From contig NC_092670.1 of the NCBI RefSeq assembly GCF_964355755.1, forward strand, positions 27,578,388 to 27,642,387: a DNA stretch of 64,000 nucleotides, written 5' to 3'. Below, in pieces: positions 9,601-24,949 of the stretch. The notes beneath the pieces were generated by a model. That model was not told the origin of the DNA and searched no databases. It saw only the letters and a list, made by a program, of their open reading frames with translations. The stretch's first letter is position 1. Each line of letters opens with the position of its first letter. Made by a program: the position numbers and the translations under genes. Origin of the DNA: Antedon mediterranea. Its lineage: Eukaryota > Animalia > Echinodermata.

Positions 9601-12600
9601 TTTTTCGAAAATCACAAATTGGTCTAAAACGTCTCCAAATGCGATTTGAAGCTATTTTAAGCACTTTGGTGTTTTTGTGTAACCAAGTTTTTTCGAAAAT
9701 CACAAAAGGGTCTAAAATGTCTCAAAATGCGATTTGAAGCTATTCTGTACACTTTGATGTTTTTTTGTTAACAAGTTTTTTCGAAAGTCACAAAATGGTC
9801 TAAAACGTCTCCAAATGCGATTTGAAGCTATTCTAAGCACTTTGGTGTTTTTATGTTAACAAGTTTTTTCGAAAATCACAAAATGGTGTAAAACGTCTCC
9901 AAATGCGATTTGAAGCTATTCTAAGCACTTTGGTGTTTTTATGTTAACAAGTTTTTTCGAAAATCACAAAATGGTGTAAAACTTCTCCAAATACGATTTT
10001 AAGCTATTCTAAGCAATTTGGTGTTTTTATGTTAACAAGTTTTTTCGAAAATCACAAAATGGTCTAAAACGTCTCCAAATGCGATTTGAAGCTATTCTGT
10101 ACACTTTGCTGTTTTGTGTGAATAATTTTTGTTGAAATGCTCAAAATGGTCAAAAACGTTTTTAAATACTATATTAAGCTATTTTGTGTTCTTTGATGTT
10201 TTTGTGTGAAAAGTTTTATCGAAATGCTCAAAATGGTCTAAAACAGTTTCTAATGTGATTTTAAGCACTTTGATGTTTTTATGTTAACAACTTTTTTAGA
10301 AAATCACAAAATGGTCTAAAACGTCTCCAAATGCGATTTGAAGCAATTCTAAGCACTTTGGTGTTTTTATGTTAACAAGTTTTTTCGAAAATCACAAAAT
10401 GGTATAAAACGTCTCCAAATGCGATTTTAAGGTATTCTAAGCACTTTGGTGTTTTTATGTTAACAAGTTTTTTCGAAAATCACAAAATGGTCTAAAACGT
10501 CTCCAAATGCGATTTGAAGCTATTCTGTACACTTTGCTGTTTTGTGTGAATAATTTTTGTCGAAATGCTCAAAATGGTCAAAAACGTTTTTAAATACGAT
10601 ATTAAGCTATTTTGTGCTCTTTGATGTTTTTGTGTGAAAAGTTTTATCGAAATGCTCAAAATGGTCTAAAACGGTTTCTAATGTGATTTTAAGCACTTTG
10701 ATGTTTTTATGTTAACAACTTTTTTAGAAAATCACAAAATGGTCTAAAACGTCTCCAAATGCGATTTGAAGCAATTCTAAGCACTTTGGTGTTTTTATGG
10801 TAACGAGTTTTTTTGAATATCACAAAATGGTCTAAAATGTCTCCAAATGCGATTTGAAGCTAATCTGTACACTTTGATGTTTTTTTGTTAACAAGTTTTT
10901 TCGAAAGTCACAAAATGGTCTAAAACGTCTCCAAATGCGATTTGAAGCTATTCTAAGCACTTTGGTGTTTTTATTTTAACAAGTTTTTTCGAAAATCACA
11001 AAATGGTGTAAAACGTCTCCAAATGCGATTTGAAGCTATTCTAAGCACTTTGGTGTTTTTATGTTAACAAGTTTTTTCGAAAATCACAAAATGGTGTAAA
11101 ACTTCTCCAAATACGATTTTAAGCTATTCTAAGCAATTTGGTGTTTTTATGTTAACAAGTTTTTTCGAAAATCACAAAATGGTCTAAAACGTCTCCAAAT
11201 GCGATTTGAAGCTATTCTGTACACTTTGCTGTTTTGTGTGAATAATTTTTGTTGAAATGCTCAAAATGGTCAAAAACGTTTTTAAATACTATATTAAGCT
11301 ATTTTGTGTTCTTTGATGTTTTTGTGTGAAAAGTTTTATCGAAATGCTCAAAATGGTCTAAAACAGTTTCTAATGTGATTTTAAGCACTTTGATGTTTTT
11401 ATGTTAACAACTTTTTTAGAAAATCACAAAATGGTCTAAAACGTCTCCAAATGCGATTTGAAGCAATTCTAAGCACTTTGGTGTTTTTATGTTAACAAGT
11501 TTTTTCGAAAATCACAAAATGGTATAAAACGTCTCCAAATGCGATTTGAAGCAATTCTAAGCACTTTGGTGTTTTTATGTTAACAAGTTTTTTCGAAAAT
11601 CACAAAATGGTATAAAACGTCTCCAAATGCGATTTTAAGGTATTCTAAGCACTTTGGTGTTTTTATGTTAACAAGTTTTTTCGAAAATCACAAAATGGTC
11701 TAAAACGTCTCCAAATGCGATTTGAAGCTATTCTGTACACTTTGCTGTTTTGTGTGAATAATTTTTGTCGAAATGCTCAAAATGGTCAAAAACGTTTTTA
11801 AATACGATATTAAGCTATTTTGTGCTCTTTGATGTTTTTGTGTGAAAAGTTTTATCGAAATGCTCAAAATGGTCTAAAACGGTTTCTAATGTGATTTTAA
11901 GCACTTTGATGTTTTTATGTTAACAACTTTTTTAGAAAATCACAAAATGGTCTAAAACGTCTCCAAATGCGATTTGAAGCAATTCTAAGCACTTTGGTGT
12001 TTTTATGGTAACGAGTTTTTTTGAATATCACAAAATGGTCTAAAATGTCTCCAAATGCGATTTGAAGCTAATCTGTACACTTTGATGTTTTTTTGTTAAC
12101 AAGTTTTTTCGAAAGTCACAAAATGGTCTAAAACGTCTCCAAATGCGATTTGAAGCTATTCTAAGCACTTTGGTGTTTTTATTTTAACAAGTTTTTTCGA
12201 AAATCACAAAATGGTGTAAAACGTCTCCAAATGCGATTTGAAGCTATTCTAAGCACTTTGGTGTTTTTATGTTAACAAGTTTTTTCGAAAATCACAAAAT
12301 GGTGTAAAACTTCTCCAAATACGATTTTAAGCTATTCTAAGCAATTTGGTGTTTTTATGTTAACAAGTTTTTTCGAAAATCACAAAATGGTCTAAAACGT
12401 CTCCAAATGCGATTTGAAGCAATTCTAAGCACTTTGGTGTTTTTATGTTAACAAGTTTTTTCGAAAATCACAAAATGGTATAAAACGTCTCCAAATGCGA
12501 TTTTAAGGTATTCTAAGCACTTTGGTGTTTTTATGTTAACAAGTTTTTTCGAAAATCACAAAATGGTCTAAAACGTCTCCAAATGCGATTTGAAGCTATT

Positions 12601-15600
12601 CTGTACACTTTGCTGTTTTGTGTGAATAATTTTTGTCGAAATGCTCAAAATGGTCAAAAACGTTTTTAAATACTATATTAAGCTATTTTGTGCTCTTTGA
12701 TGTTTTTGTGTGAAAAGTTTTATCGAAATGCTCAAAATGGTCTAAAACGGTTTCTAATGTGATTTTAAGCACTTTGATGTTTTTATGTTAACAACTTTTT
12801 TAGAAAATTACAAAATGGTGTAAAACGTCTCCAAATGCGATTTGAAGCTATTCTAAGCAATTTGGTGTTTTTATGTTAACAAGTTTTTTCGAAAATCACA
12901 AAATGGTCTAAAACGTCTCCAAATGCGATTTGAAGCTATTCTAAGCACTTTTGTGTTTTTATGTTAACAAGTTTTTTCGAAAATCACAAAATGGTCTAAA
13001 ATATCTCCAAATGCGATTTGAAGCTTTTCTAAGCACTTTTGTGTTTTTATGTTTACAAGTTTTTTCGAAAATCACAAAATGGTCTAAAACGTCTCCAAAT
13101 GCGATTTGAAGCTATTCTGTACACTTTGCTGTTTTGTGTGAATAATTTTTGTCAAAATGCTCAAAATGGTCAAAAACGTTTTTAAATACTATATTAAGCT
13201 ATTTTGTGTTCTTTGATGTTTTTATGTGAAAAGTTTTATCGAAATGCTCAAAATGGTCTAAAACGGTTTCTAATGTGATTTTAAGAACTTTGATGTTTTT
13301 ATGTTAAAAACCTTTTTTAGAAAATCACAAAATGGTCTAAAACGTCTCCAAATGCGATTTGAAGCAATTCTAAGCACTTTGGTGTTTTTATGTTAACATG
13401 TTTTTTCGAAAATCACAAAATGGTCTACAACGTCTCCAAATGCGATTTGAAGATATTCTAAGCACTTTGGTGTTTTTATGTTAACAAGTTTTTTCGAAAA
13501 TCACAAAGTGGTATAAAACGTCTCCAAATGCGATTTTAAGGTATTCTAAGCACTTTGGTGTTTTTATGTTAACAAGTTTTTTCGAAAATCACAAAATGGT
13601 CTAAAACGTCTCCAAATGTGATTTGAAGCTATTCTAAACACTTTGGTGTTTTTATGTTAACAAGTTTTTTCGAAAATCACAAATTGGTCTAAAACGTCTC
13701 CAAATGCGATTTGAAGCTATTTTAAGCACTTTGGTGTTTTTGTGTAACCAAGTTTTTTCGAAAATCACAAAAGGGTCTAAAATGTCTCAAAATGCGATTT
13801 GAAGCTATTCTGTACACTTTGATGTTTTTATGTTAACAACTTTTTTAGAAAATCACAAAATGGTCTAAAACGTCTCCAAATGCGATTTGAAGCAATTCTA
13901 AGCACTTTGGTGTTTTTATGGTAACGAGTTTTTTTGAATATCACAAAATGGTCTAAAATGTCTCCAAATGCGATTTGAAGCTTTTCTAAGCACTTTGGTG
14001 TTTTTATGTTAACAAGTTTTTTCGAAAATCACAAAATGGTCTAAAACGTCTCCAAATGCGATTTGAAGCTATTCTGTACACTTTGCTGTTTTGTGTGAAT
14101 AATTTTTGTCGAAATGCTCAAAATGGTCAAAAACGTTTTTAAATACGATATTAAGCTATTTTGTGCTCTTTGATGTTTTTGTGTGAAAAGTTTTATCGAA
14201 ATGCTCAAAATGGTCTAAAACGGTTTCTAATGTGATTTTAAGCACTTTGATGTTTTTATGTTAACAACTTTTTTCGAAAATCACAAAATGGTCTAAAACG
14301 TCTCCAAATGCGATTTGAAGCTATTCTAAGCACTTTGGTGTTTTTATGTTGACAAGTTTTTTCGAAAATCACAAAATGGTGTAAAACGTCTCCAAATGCG
14401 ATTTGAAGCTATTCTAAGCAATTTTGTGTTTTTATGTTAACAAGTTTTTTCGAAAATCACAAAATGGTCTAAAACGTCTCCAAATGCGATTTGAAGCTAT
14501 TCTAAGCACTTTTGTGTTTTTATGTTAACAAGTTTTTTCGAAAATCACAAAATGGTCTAAAATGTCTCAAAATGCGATTTGAAGCTATTCTGTACACTTT
14601 GCTGTTTTGTGTGAATAATTTTTGTCAAAATGCTCAAAATGGTCAAAAACGTTTTTAAATACTATATTAAGCTATTTTGTGTTCTTTGATGTTTTTGTGT
14701 GAAAAGTTTTTTCGAAATGCTCAAAATGGTCTAAAACGGTTTCTAATGTGATTTTAAGCACTTTGATGTTTTTATGTTAACAACTTTTTTAGAAAATTAC
14801 AAAATGGTCTAAAACGTCTCCAAATGCGATTTGAAGCAATTCTAAGCACTTTGGTGTTTTTATGTTAACAAGTTTTTTCGAAAATCACAAAATGGTCTAA
14901 AATGTCTCCAAATGCGATCTGAAGCTTTTCTAAGCACTTTGGTGTTTTTATGTTAACAAGTTTTTTCGAAAATCACAAAATGGTCTAAAACGTCTCCAAA
15001 TGTGATTTGAAGCTATTCTAAACACTTTGGTGTTTTTATGTTAACAAGTTTTTTCGAAAATCACAAATTGGTCTAAAACGTCTCCAAATGCGATTTGAAG
15101 CTATTTTAAGCACTTTGGTGTTTTTGTGTAACCAAGTTTTTTCGAAAATCACAAAAGGGTCTAAAATGTCTCAAAATGCGATTTGAAGTTATTCTGTACA
15201 CTTTGATGTTTTTTTGTTAACAAGTTTTTTCGAAAGTCACAAAATGGTCTAAAAAGTCTCCAAATGCGATTTGAAGCTATTCTAAGCACTTTGGTGTTTT
15301 TATGTTAACAAGTTTTATCGAAAATCACAAAATGGTGTAAAACGTCTCCAAATGCGATTTGAAGCTATTCTAAGCACTTTGGTGTTTTTATGTTAACAAG
15401 TTTTTTCGAAAATCACAAAATGGTGTAAAACGTCTCCAAATGCGATTTTAAGCTATTCTAAGCAATTTGGTGTTTTTATGTTAACAAGTTTTTTCGAAAA
15501 TCACAAAATGGTCTAAAACGTCTCCAAATGCGATTTGAAGCTATTCTGTACACTTTGCTGTTTTGTGAGAATAATTTTTGTCGAAATGCTCAAAATGGTC

Positions 15601-15720
15601 AAAAACGTTTTTAAATACGATATTAAGCTATTTTGTGCTCTTTGATGTTTTTGTGTGAAAAGTTTTATCGAAATGCTCAAAATGGTCTAAAACGGTTTCT
15701 AATGTGATTTTAAGCACTTT
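6646..15720 (+). repeat. ~9.1 kb block duplicated at ~28269-37595 (copy 1)
   Basis: Shared private variants: aaatgcttaa 7441/29064 and ttcaaaaat 9254/30877 (offset 21623); aaaacctttttt 13311/35022 (offset 21711); gatctgaag 14916/36791 (offset 21875). Confidence 0.92.
9740..12420 (+). repeat. Local tandem duplication, period 1208 bp (10 A + 2 BC)
   Basis: taatctgtac at 10861 and 12069; attttaac at 10973 and 12181; 10x88 + 2x164 = 1208. Boundaries approximate. The same structure recurs at ~31370-34130. Confidence 0.85.
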
Positions 15721-18700
15721 GATGTTTTTATGTTAACAACTTTTTTAGAAAATTACAAAATGGTGTAAAACGTCTCCAAATGCGATTTGAAGCTATTCTA
15801 AGCAATTTCGTGTTTTTATGTTAACAAGTTTTTTCGAAAATCACAAAATGGTCTAAAACGTCTCCAAATGCGATTTGAAGCTATTCTAAGCACTTTTGTG
15901 TTTTTATGTTAACAAGTTTTTTCGAAAATCACAAAATGGTCTAAAACGTCTCCAAATGCGATTTGAAGCTATTCTGTACACTTTGCTGTTTTGTGTGAAT
16001 AATTTTTTGTCGAAATGCTCAAAATGGTCAAAAACGTTTTTAAATACGATATTAAGCTATTTTGTGCTCTTTGATGTTTTTGTGTGAAAAGTTTTATCGA
16101 AATGCTCAAAATGGTCTAAAACGGTTTCTAATGTGATTTTAAGCACTTTGATGTTTTTATGTTAACAACTTTTTTAGAAAATCACAAAATGGTCTAAAAC
16201 GTCTCCAAATGCGATTTGAAGCAATTCTAAGCACTTTGGTGTTTTTATGGTAACGAGTTTTTTTGAATATCACAAAATGGTCTAAAACGTCTCCAAATGC
16301 GATTTGAAGCTTTTCTAAGCACTTTGGTGTTTTTATGTTTACAAGTTTTTTCGAAAATCACAAAATGGTCTAAAACGGCTCCAAATACGATTTTAAGCTA
16401 TTCTAAGCACTTTGGTGTTTTTATGTTAACAAGTTTTTTCGAAAATCACAAAATGGTCTAAAACGTTTCCAAATGCGATTTGAAGCTATTCTAAGCACTT
16501 TGGTGTTTTTATGTTAACAAGTTTTTTCGAAAATCACAAAATGGTGTAAAACGTCTCCAAATGCGATTTGAAGCTATTCTAAGCAATTTTGTGTTTTTAT
16601 GTTAACAAGTTTTTTCGAAAATCACAAAATGGTCTAAAACGTCTCCAAATGCGATTTGAAGCTATTCTAAGCACTTTTGTGTTTTTATGTTAACAAGTTT
16701 TTTCGAAAATCACAAAATGGTCTAAAATGTCTCAAAATGCGATTTGAAGCTATTCTGTTCACTTTGCTGTTTTGTGTGAATAATTTTTGTCAAAATGCTC
16801 AAAATGGTCAAAAACGTTTTTAAATACTATATTAAGCTATTTTGTGTTCTTTGATGTTTTTGTGTGAAAAGTTTTTTCGAAATGCTCAAAATGGTCTAAA
16901 ACGGTTTCTAATGTGATTTTAAGCACTTTGATGTTTTTATGTTAACAACTTTTTTAGAAAATTACAAAATGGTCTAAAACGTCTCCAAATGCGATTTGAA
17001 GCAATTCTAAGCACTTTGGTGTTTTTATGTTAACAAGTTTTTTCGAAAATCACAAAATGGTCTAAAACGTCTCCAAATGCGATTTGAAGCTATTCTGTAC
17101 ACTTTGCTGTTTTGTGTGAATAATTTTTGTTGAAATGCTCAAAATGGTCAAAAACGTTTTTAAATACGATATTAAGCTATTTTGTGCTCTTTGATGTTTT
17201 TGTGTGAAAAGTTTTATCGAAATGCTCAAAATGGTCTAAAACGGTTTCTAATGTGATTTTAAGCACTTTGATGTTTTTATGTTAACAACTTTTTTAGAAA
17301 ATTACAAAATGGTGTAAAACGTCTCCAAATGCGATTTGAAGCTATTCTAAGCAATTTCGTGTTTTTATGTTAACAAGTTTTTTCGAAAATCACAAAATGG
17401 TCTAAAACGTCTCCAAATGCGATTTGAAGCTATTCTAAGCACTTTTGTGTTTTTATGTTAACAAGTTTTTTCGAAAATCACAAAATGGTCTAAAACGTCT
17501 CCAAATGCGATTTGAAGCTATTCTGTACACTTTGCTGTTTTGTGTGAATAATTTTTTGTCGAAATGCTCAAAATGGTCAAAAACGTTTTTAAATACGATA
17601 TTAAGCTATTTTGTGCTCTTTGATGTTTTTGTGTGAAAAGTTTTATCGAAATGCTCAAAATGGTCTAAAACGGTTTCTAATGTGATTTTAAGCACTTTGA
17701 TGTTTTTATGTTAACAACTTTTTTAGAAAATCACAAAATGGTCTAAAACGTCTCCAAATGCGATTTGAAGCAATTCTAAGCACTTTGGTGTTTTTATGGT
17801 AACGAGTTTTTTTGAATATCACAAAATGGTCTAAAACGTCTCCAAATGCGATTTGAAGCTTTTCTAAGCACTTTGGTGTTTTTATGTTTACAAGTTTTTT
17901 CGAAAATCACAAAATGGTCTAAAACGGCTCCAAATACGATTTGAAGCTATTCTAAGCACTTTGGTGTTTTTATGTTAACAAGTTTTTTCGAAAATCACAA
18001 AATGGTCTAAAACGTCTCCAAATGCGATTTGAAGCTATTCTAAGCACTTTGGTGTTTTTATGTTAACAAGTTTTTTCGAAAATCACAAAATGGTGTAAAA
18101 CGTCTCCAAATGCGATTTGAAGCTATTCTAAGCAATTTTGTGTTTTTATGTTAACAAGTTTTTTCGAAAATCACAAAATGGTCTAAAACGTCTCCAAATG
18201 CGATTTGAAGCTATTCTAAGCACTTTTGTGTTTTTATGTTAACAAGTTTTTTCGAAAATCACAAAATGGTCTAAAATGTCTCAAAATGCGATTTGAAGCT
18301 ATTCTGTTCACTTTGCTGTTTTGTGTGAATAATTTTTGTCAAAATGCTCAAAATGGTCAAAAACGTTTTTAAATACTATATTAAGCTATTTTGTGTTCTT
18401 TGATGTTTTTGTGTGAAAAGTTTTTTCGAAATGCTCAAAATGGTCTAAAACGGTTTCTAATGTGATTTTAAGCACTTTGATGTTTTTATGTTAACAACTT
18501 TTTTAGAAAATTACAAAATGGTCTAAAACGTCTCCAAATGCGATTTGAAGCAATTCTAAGCACTTTGGTGTTTTTATGTTAACAAGTTTTTTCGAAAATC
18601 ACAAAATGGTCTAAAACGTCTCCAAATGCGATTTGAAGCTATTCTGTACACTTTGCTGTTTTGTGTGAATAATTTTTGTTGAAATGCTCAAAATGGTCAA

Positions 18701-18818
18701 AAACGTTTTTAAATACGATATTAAGCTATTTTGTGCTCTTTGATGTTTTTGTGTGAAAAGTTTTATCGAAATGCTCAAAATGGTCTAAAACGGTTTCTAA
18801 TGTGATTTTAAGCACTTT
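15570..18818 (+). repeat. Tandem duplication, period 1549 bp (12 A + 3 BC + 1 nt)
   Basis: Private attctgttcac at 16752 and 18301; B with an extra T (aattttttgtc) at ~16001 and ~17550; identical ORFs at 15896 and 17445. Confidence 0.92.
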
Positions 18819-21800
18819 GGTGTTTTTATGTTAACAAGTTTTTTCGAAAATCACAAAATGGTCTAAAATGTCTCCAAATGCGATTTGAAGCTTTTCTAAG
18901 CACTTTGGTGTTTTTATGTTAACAAGTTTTTTCGAAAATCACAAAATGGTCTAAAACGTCTCCAAATGTGATTTGAAGCTATTCTAAACACTTTGGTGTT
19001 TTTATGTTAACAAGTTTTTTCGAAAATCACAAATTGGTCTAAAACGTCTCCAAATGCGATTTGAAGCTATTTTAAGCACTTTGGTGTTTTTGTGTAACCA
19101 AGTTTTTTCGAAAATCACAAAAGGGTCTAAAATGTCTCAAAATGCGATTTGAAGCTATTCTGTACACTTTGATGTTTTTTTGTTAACAAGTTTTTTCGAA
19201 AGTCACAAAATGGTCTAAAAAGTCTCCAAATGCGATTTGAAGCTATTCTAAGCACTTTGGTGTTTTTATGTTAACAAGTTTTATCGAAAATCACAAAATG
19301 GTGTAAAACGTCTCCAAATGCGATTTGAAGCTATTCTAAGCACTTTGGTGTTTTTATGTTAACAAGTTTTTTCGAAAATTACAAAATGGTATAAAACGTC
19401 TCCAAATGCGATTTTAAGCTATTCTAAGCAATTTGGTGTTTTTATGTTAACAAGTTTTTTCGAAAATCACAAAATGGTCGAAAATGTCACAAAATGCGAT
19501 TTGAAGCTATTCTAAGCACTTTGGTGTTATTATGTTAACAAGTTTTTTCGAAAATCACAAATTGGTCTAAAACGTCTCCAAATGCGATTTGAAGCTATTT
19601 TAAGCACTTTGGTGTTTTTGTGTAACCAAGTTTTTTCGAAAATCACAAAAGGGTCTAAAATGTCTCAAAATTCGATTTGAAGCTATTCTGTACACTTTGA
19701 TGTTTTTTTGTTAACAAGTTTTTTCGAAAGTCACAAAATGGTCTAAAACGTCTCCAAATGCGATTTGAAGCTATTCTAAGCACTTTGGTGTTTTTATGTT
19801 AACAAGTTTTTTCGAAAATCACAAAATGGTGTAAAACGTCTCCAAATGCGATTTGAAGCTATTCTAAGCACTTTGGTGTTTTTATGTTAACAAGTTTTTT
19901 CGAAAATCACAAAATGGTGTAAAACTTCTCCAAATACGATTTTAAGCTATTCTAAGCAATTTGGTGTTTTTATGTTAACAAGTTTTTTCGAAAATCACAA
20001 AATGGTCTAAAACGTCTCCAAATGCGATTTGAAGTTATTCTGTACACTTTGCTGTTTTGTGAGAATAATTTTTGTCGAAATGCTCAAAATGGTCAAAAAC
20101 GTTTTTAAATACGATATTAAGCTATTTTGTGCTCTTTGATGTTTTTGTGTGAAAAGTTTTATCGAAATGCTCAAAATGGTCTAAAACGGTTTCTAATGTG
20201 ATTTTAAGCACTTTGGTGTTTTTATGTTAACAAGTTTTTTCGAAAATCACAAAATGGTCTAAAACGTCTCCAAATGTGATTTGAAGCTATTCTAAACACT
20301 TTGGTGTTTTTATGTTAACAAGTTTTTTCGAAAATCACAAATTGGTCTAAAACGTCTCCAAATGCGATTTGAAGCTATTTTAAGCACTTTGGTGTTTTTG
20401 TGTAACCAAGTTTTTTCGAAAATCACAAAAGGGTCTAAAATGTCTCAAAATGCGATTTGAAGCTATTCTGTACACTTTGATGTTTTTTTGTTAACAAGTT
20501 TTTTCGAAAGTCACAAAATGGTCTAAAACGTCTCCAAATGCGATTTGAAGCTATTCTAAGCACTTTGGTGTTTTTATGTTAACAAGTTTTTTCGAAAATC
20601 ACAAAATGGTGTAAAACGTCTCCAAATGCGATTTGAAGCTATTCTAAGCACTTTGGTGTTTTTATGTTAACAAGTTTTTTCGAAAATCACAAAATGGTGT
20701 AAAACTCCTCCAAATACGATTTTAAGCTATTCTAAGCAATTTGGTGTTTTTATGTTAACAAGTTTTTTCGAAAATCACAAAATGGTCTAAAACGTCTCCA
20801 AATGCGATTTGAAGCTATTCTGTACACTTTGCTGTTTTGTGTGAATAATTTTTGTTGAAATGCTCAAAATGGTCAAAAACGTTTTTAAATACTATATTAA
20901 GCTATTTTGTGTTCTTTGATGTTTTTGTGTGAAAAGTTTTATCGAAATGCTCAAAATGGTCTAAAACGGTTTCTAATGTGATTTTAAGCACTTTGGTGTT
21001 TTTATGTTAACAAGTTTTTTCGAAAATCACAAAATGGTCTAAAATGTCTCCAAATGCGATTTGAAGCTTTTCTAAGCACTTTGGTGTTTTTATGTTAACA
21101 AGTTTTTTCGAAAATCACAAAATGGTCTAAAACGTCTCCAAATGTGATTTGAAGCTATTCTAAACACTTTGGTGTTTTTATGTTAACAAGTTTTTTCGAA
21201 AATCACAAATTGGTCTAAAACGTCTCCAAATGCGATTTGAAGCTATTTTAAGCACTTTGGTGTTTTTGTGTAACCAAGTTTTTTCGAAAATCACAAAAGG
21301 GTCTAAAATGTCTCAAAATGCGATTTGAAGCTATTCTGTACACTTTGATGTTTTTTTGTTAACAAGTTTTTTCGAAAGTCACAAAATGGTCTAAAAAGTC
21401 TCCAAATGCGATTTGAAGCTATTCTAAGCACTTTGGTGTTTTTATGTTAACAAGTTTTATCGAAAATCACAAAATGGTGTAAAACGTCTCCAAATGCGAT
21501 TTGAAGCTATTCTAAGCACTTTGGTGTTTTTATGTTAACAAGTTTTTTCGAAAATCACAAAATGGTATAAAACGTCTCCAAATGAGATTTTAAGGTATTC
21601 TAAGCACTTTGGTGTTTTTATGTTAACAAGTTTTTTCGAAAATCACAAAATGGTCTAAAACGTCTACAAATGCGATTTGAAGCTATTCTAAGCACTTTGG
21701 TGTTTTTATGTTAACAAGTTTTTTCGAAAATCACAAAATGGTCTAAAACGTCTCCAAATGCGATTTGAAGCTATTCTGTACACTTTGCTGTTTTGTGTGA

Positions 21801-24800
21801 ATAATTTTTGTCGAAATGCTCAAAATGGTCAAAAACGTTTTTAAATACAATATTAAGCTATTTTGTGCTCTTTGATGTTTTTGTGTGAAAAGTTTTATCG
21901 AAATGCTCAAAATGGTCTAAAACGGTTTCTAATGTGATTTTAAGCACTTTGATGTTTTTATGTTAACAACTTTTTTAGAAAATCACAAAATGGTCTAAAA
22001 CGTCTCCAAATGCGATTTGAAGTAATTCTAAGCACTTTGGTGTTTTTATGGTAACGAGTTTTTTTGAATATCACAAAATGGTCTAAAATGTCTCCAAATG
22101 CGATTTGAAGCTTTTCTAAGCACTTTAGTGTTTTTATGGTAACGAGTTATTTCGAAAATCACAAAATGGTCTAAAACGTCTCCAAATGCGATTTGAAGCT
22201 ATTCTGTACACTTTGCTGTTTTGTGTGAATAATTTTTGTCAAAATGCTCAAAATGGTCAAAAACGTTTTTTAATACTATATTAAGCTATTTTGTGCTCTT
22301 TGATGTTTTTGTGTGAAAAGTTTTATCGAAATGCTCAAAATGGTCTAAAACGGTTTCTAATGTGATTTTAAGCACTTTGATGTTTTTATGTTAACAACTT
22401 TTTTAGAAAATTACAAAATGGTGTAAAACGTCTCCAAATGCGATTTGAAGCTATTCTAAGCACTTTGGTGTTTTTATGTTAACGAGTTTTTTTGAATATC
22501 ACAAATTGGTCTAAAATGTCTCCAAATGCGATTTGAAGCTTTTCTAAGCACTTTGGTGTTTTTATGTTAACAAGTTTTTTCGAAAATCACAAAATGGTCT
22601 AAAACGTCTCCAAATGCGATTTGAAGCTATTCTGTACACTTTGCTGTTTTGTGTGAATAATTTTTGTTGAAATGCTCAAAATGGTCAAAAACGTTTTTAA
22701 ATACGATATTAAGCTATTTTGTGCTCTTTGATGTTTTTGTGTGAAAAGTTTTATCGAAATGCTCAAAATGGTCTAAAACGGTTTCTAATGTGATTTTAAG
22801 CACTTTGGTGTTTTTATGTTAACAAGTTTTTTCGAAAATCACAAAATGGTCTAAAATGTCTCCAAATGCGATTTGAAGCTTTTCTAAGCACTTTGGTGTT
22901 TTTATGTTAACAAGTTTTTTCGAAAATCACAAATTGGTCTAAAACGTCTCCAAATGCGATTTGAAGCTATTTTAAGCACTTTGGTGTTTTTGTGTAACCA
23001 AGTTTTTTCGAAAATCACAAAAGGGTCTAAAATGTCTCAAAATGCGATTTGAAGCTATTCTGTACACTTTGATGTTTTTTTGTTAACAAGTTTTTTCGAA
23101 AGTCACAAAATGGTCTAAAAAGTCTCCAAATGCGATTTGAAGCTATTCTAAGCACTTTGGTGTTTTTATGTTAACAAGTTTTATCGAAAATCACAAAATG
23201 GTGTAAAACGTCTCCAAATGCGATTTGAAGCTATTCTAAGCACTTTGGTGTTTTTATGTTAACAAGTTTTTTCGAAAATCACAAAATGGTGTAAAACGTC
23301 TCCAAATGCGATTTTAAGCTATTCTAAGCAATTTGGTGTTTTTATGTTAACAAGTTTTTTCGAAAATCACAAAATGGTCTAAAACGTCTCCAAATGCGAT
23401 TTGAAGCTATTCTGTACACTTTGCTGTTTTGTGAGAATAATTTTTGTCGAAATGCTCAAAATGGTCAAAAACGTTTTTAAATACGATATTAAGCTATTTT
23501 GTGCTCTTTGATGTTTTTGTGTGAAAAGTTTTATCGAAATGCTCAAAATGGTCTAAAACGGTTTCTAATGTGATTTTAAGCACTTTGATGTTTTTATGTT
23601 AACAACTTTTTTAGAAAATTACAAAATGGTGTAAAACGTCTCCCAATGCGATTTGAAGCTATTCTAAGCAATTTCGTGTTTTTATGTTAACAAGTTTTTT
23701 CGAAAATCACAAAATGGTCTAAAACGTCTCCAAATGCGATTTGAAGCTATTCTAAGCACTTTTGTGTTTTTATGTTAACAAGTTTTTTCGAAAATCACAA
23801 AATGGTCTAAAATGTCTCCAAATGCGATTTTAAGGTATTCTAAGCACTTTGGTGTTTTTATGTTAACAAGTTTTTTCGAAAATCACAAAATGGTCTAAAA
23901 CGTCTACAAATGCGATTTGAAGCTATTCTAAGCACTTTGGTGTTTTTATGTTAACAAGTTTTTTCGAAAATCACAAAATGGTATAAAACGTCTCCAAATG
24001 CGATTTGAAGATTTTCTAAGCACTTTTGTGTTTTTATGTTTACAAGTTTTTTCGAAAATCACAAAATGGTCTAAAACGTCTCCAAATGCGATTTGAAGCT
24101 ATTCTGTACACTTTGCTGTTTTGTGTGAATAATTTTGTCAAAATGCTCAAAATGGTCAAAAACGTTTTTAAATACTATATTAAGCTATTTTGTGTTCTTT
24201 GATGTTTTTGTGTGAAAAGTTTTATCGAAATGCTCAAAATGGTCTAAAACGGTTTCTAATGAAATGATTTTAAGAACTTTGATGTTTTTATGTTAACAAC
24301 TTTTTTAGAAAATCACAAAATGGTCTAAAACGTCTCCAAATGCGATTTGAAGCAATTCTAAGCACTTTGGTGTTTTTATGTTAACAAGTTTTTTCGAAAA
24401 TCACAAAATGGTATAAAACGTCTCCAAATGCGATTTTAAGGTATTCTAAGCACTTTGGTGTTTTTATGTTAACAAGTTTTTTCGAAAATCACAAAATGGT
24501 CTAAAACGTCTACAAATGCGATTTGAAGCTATTCTAAGCACTTTGGTGTTTTTATGTTAACAAGTTTTTTCGAAAATCACAAAATGGTATAAAACGTCTC
24601 CAAATGCGATTTTAAGCTATTCTAAGCAATTTGGTGTTTTTATGTTAACAAGTTTTTTCGAAAATCACAAAATGGTCGAAAATGTCACAAAATGCGAATT
24701 GAAGCTATTCTAAGCACTTTGGTGTTATTATGTTAACAAGTTTTTTCGAAAATCACAAATTGGTCTAAAACGTCTCCAAATGCGATTTGAAGCTATTTTA

Positions 24801-24949
24801 AGCACTTTGGTGTTTTTGTGTAACCAAGTTTTTTCGAAAATCACAAAAGGGTCTAAAATGTCTCAAAATGCGATTTGAAGCTATTCTGTACACTTTGATG
24901 TTTTTTTGTTAACAAGTTTTTTCGAAAGTCACAAAATGGTCTAAAACGT

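Noticed and set aside
15896-16087. 63-aa plus-strand ORF
   Set aside because: Translation of A-B satellite sequence opened by a 1-nt T insertion; starts at TTG with no gene context.
17445-17636. Identical second 63-aa ORF
   Set aside because: Identity is explained by the 1549-bp tandem duplication, not by coding constraint.
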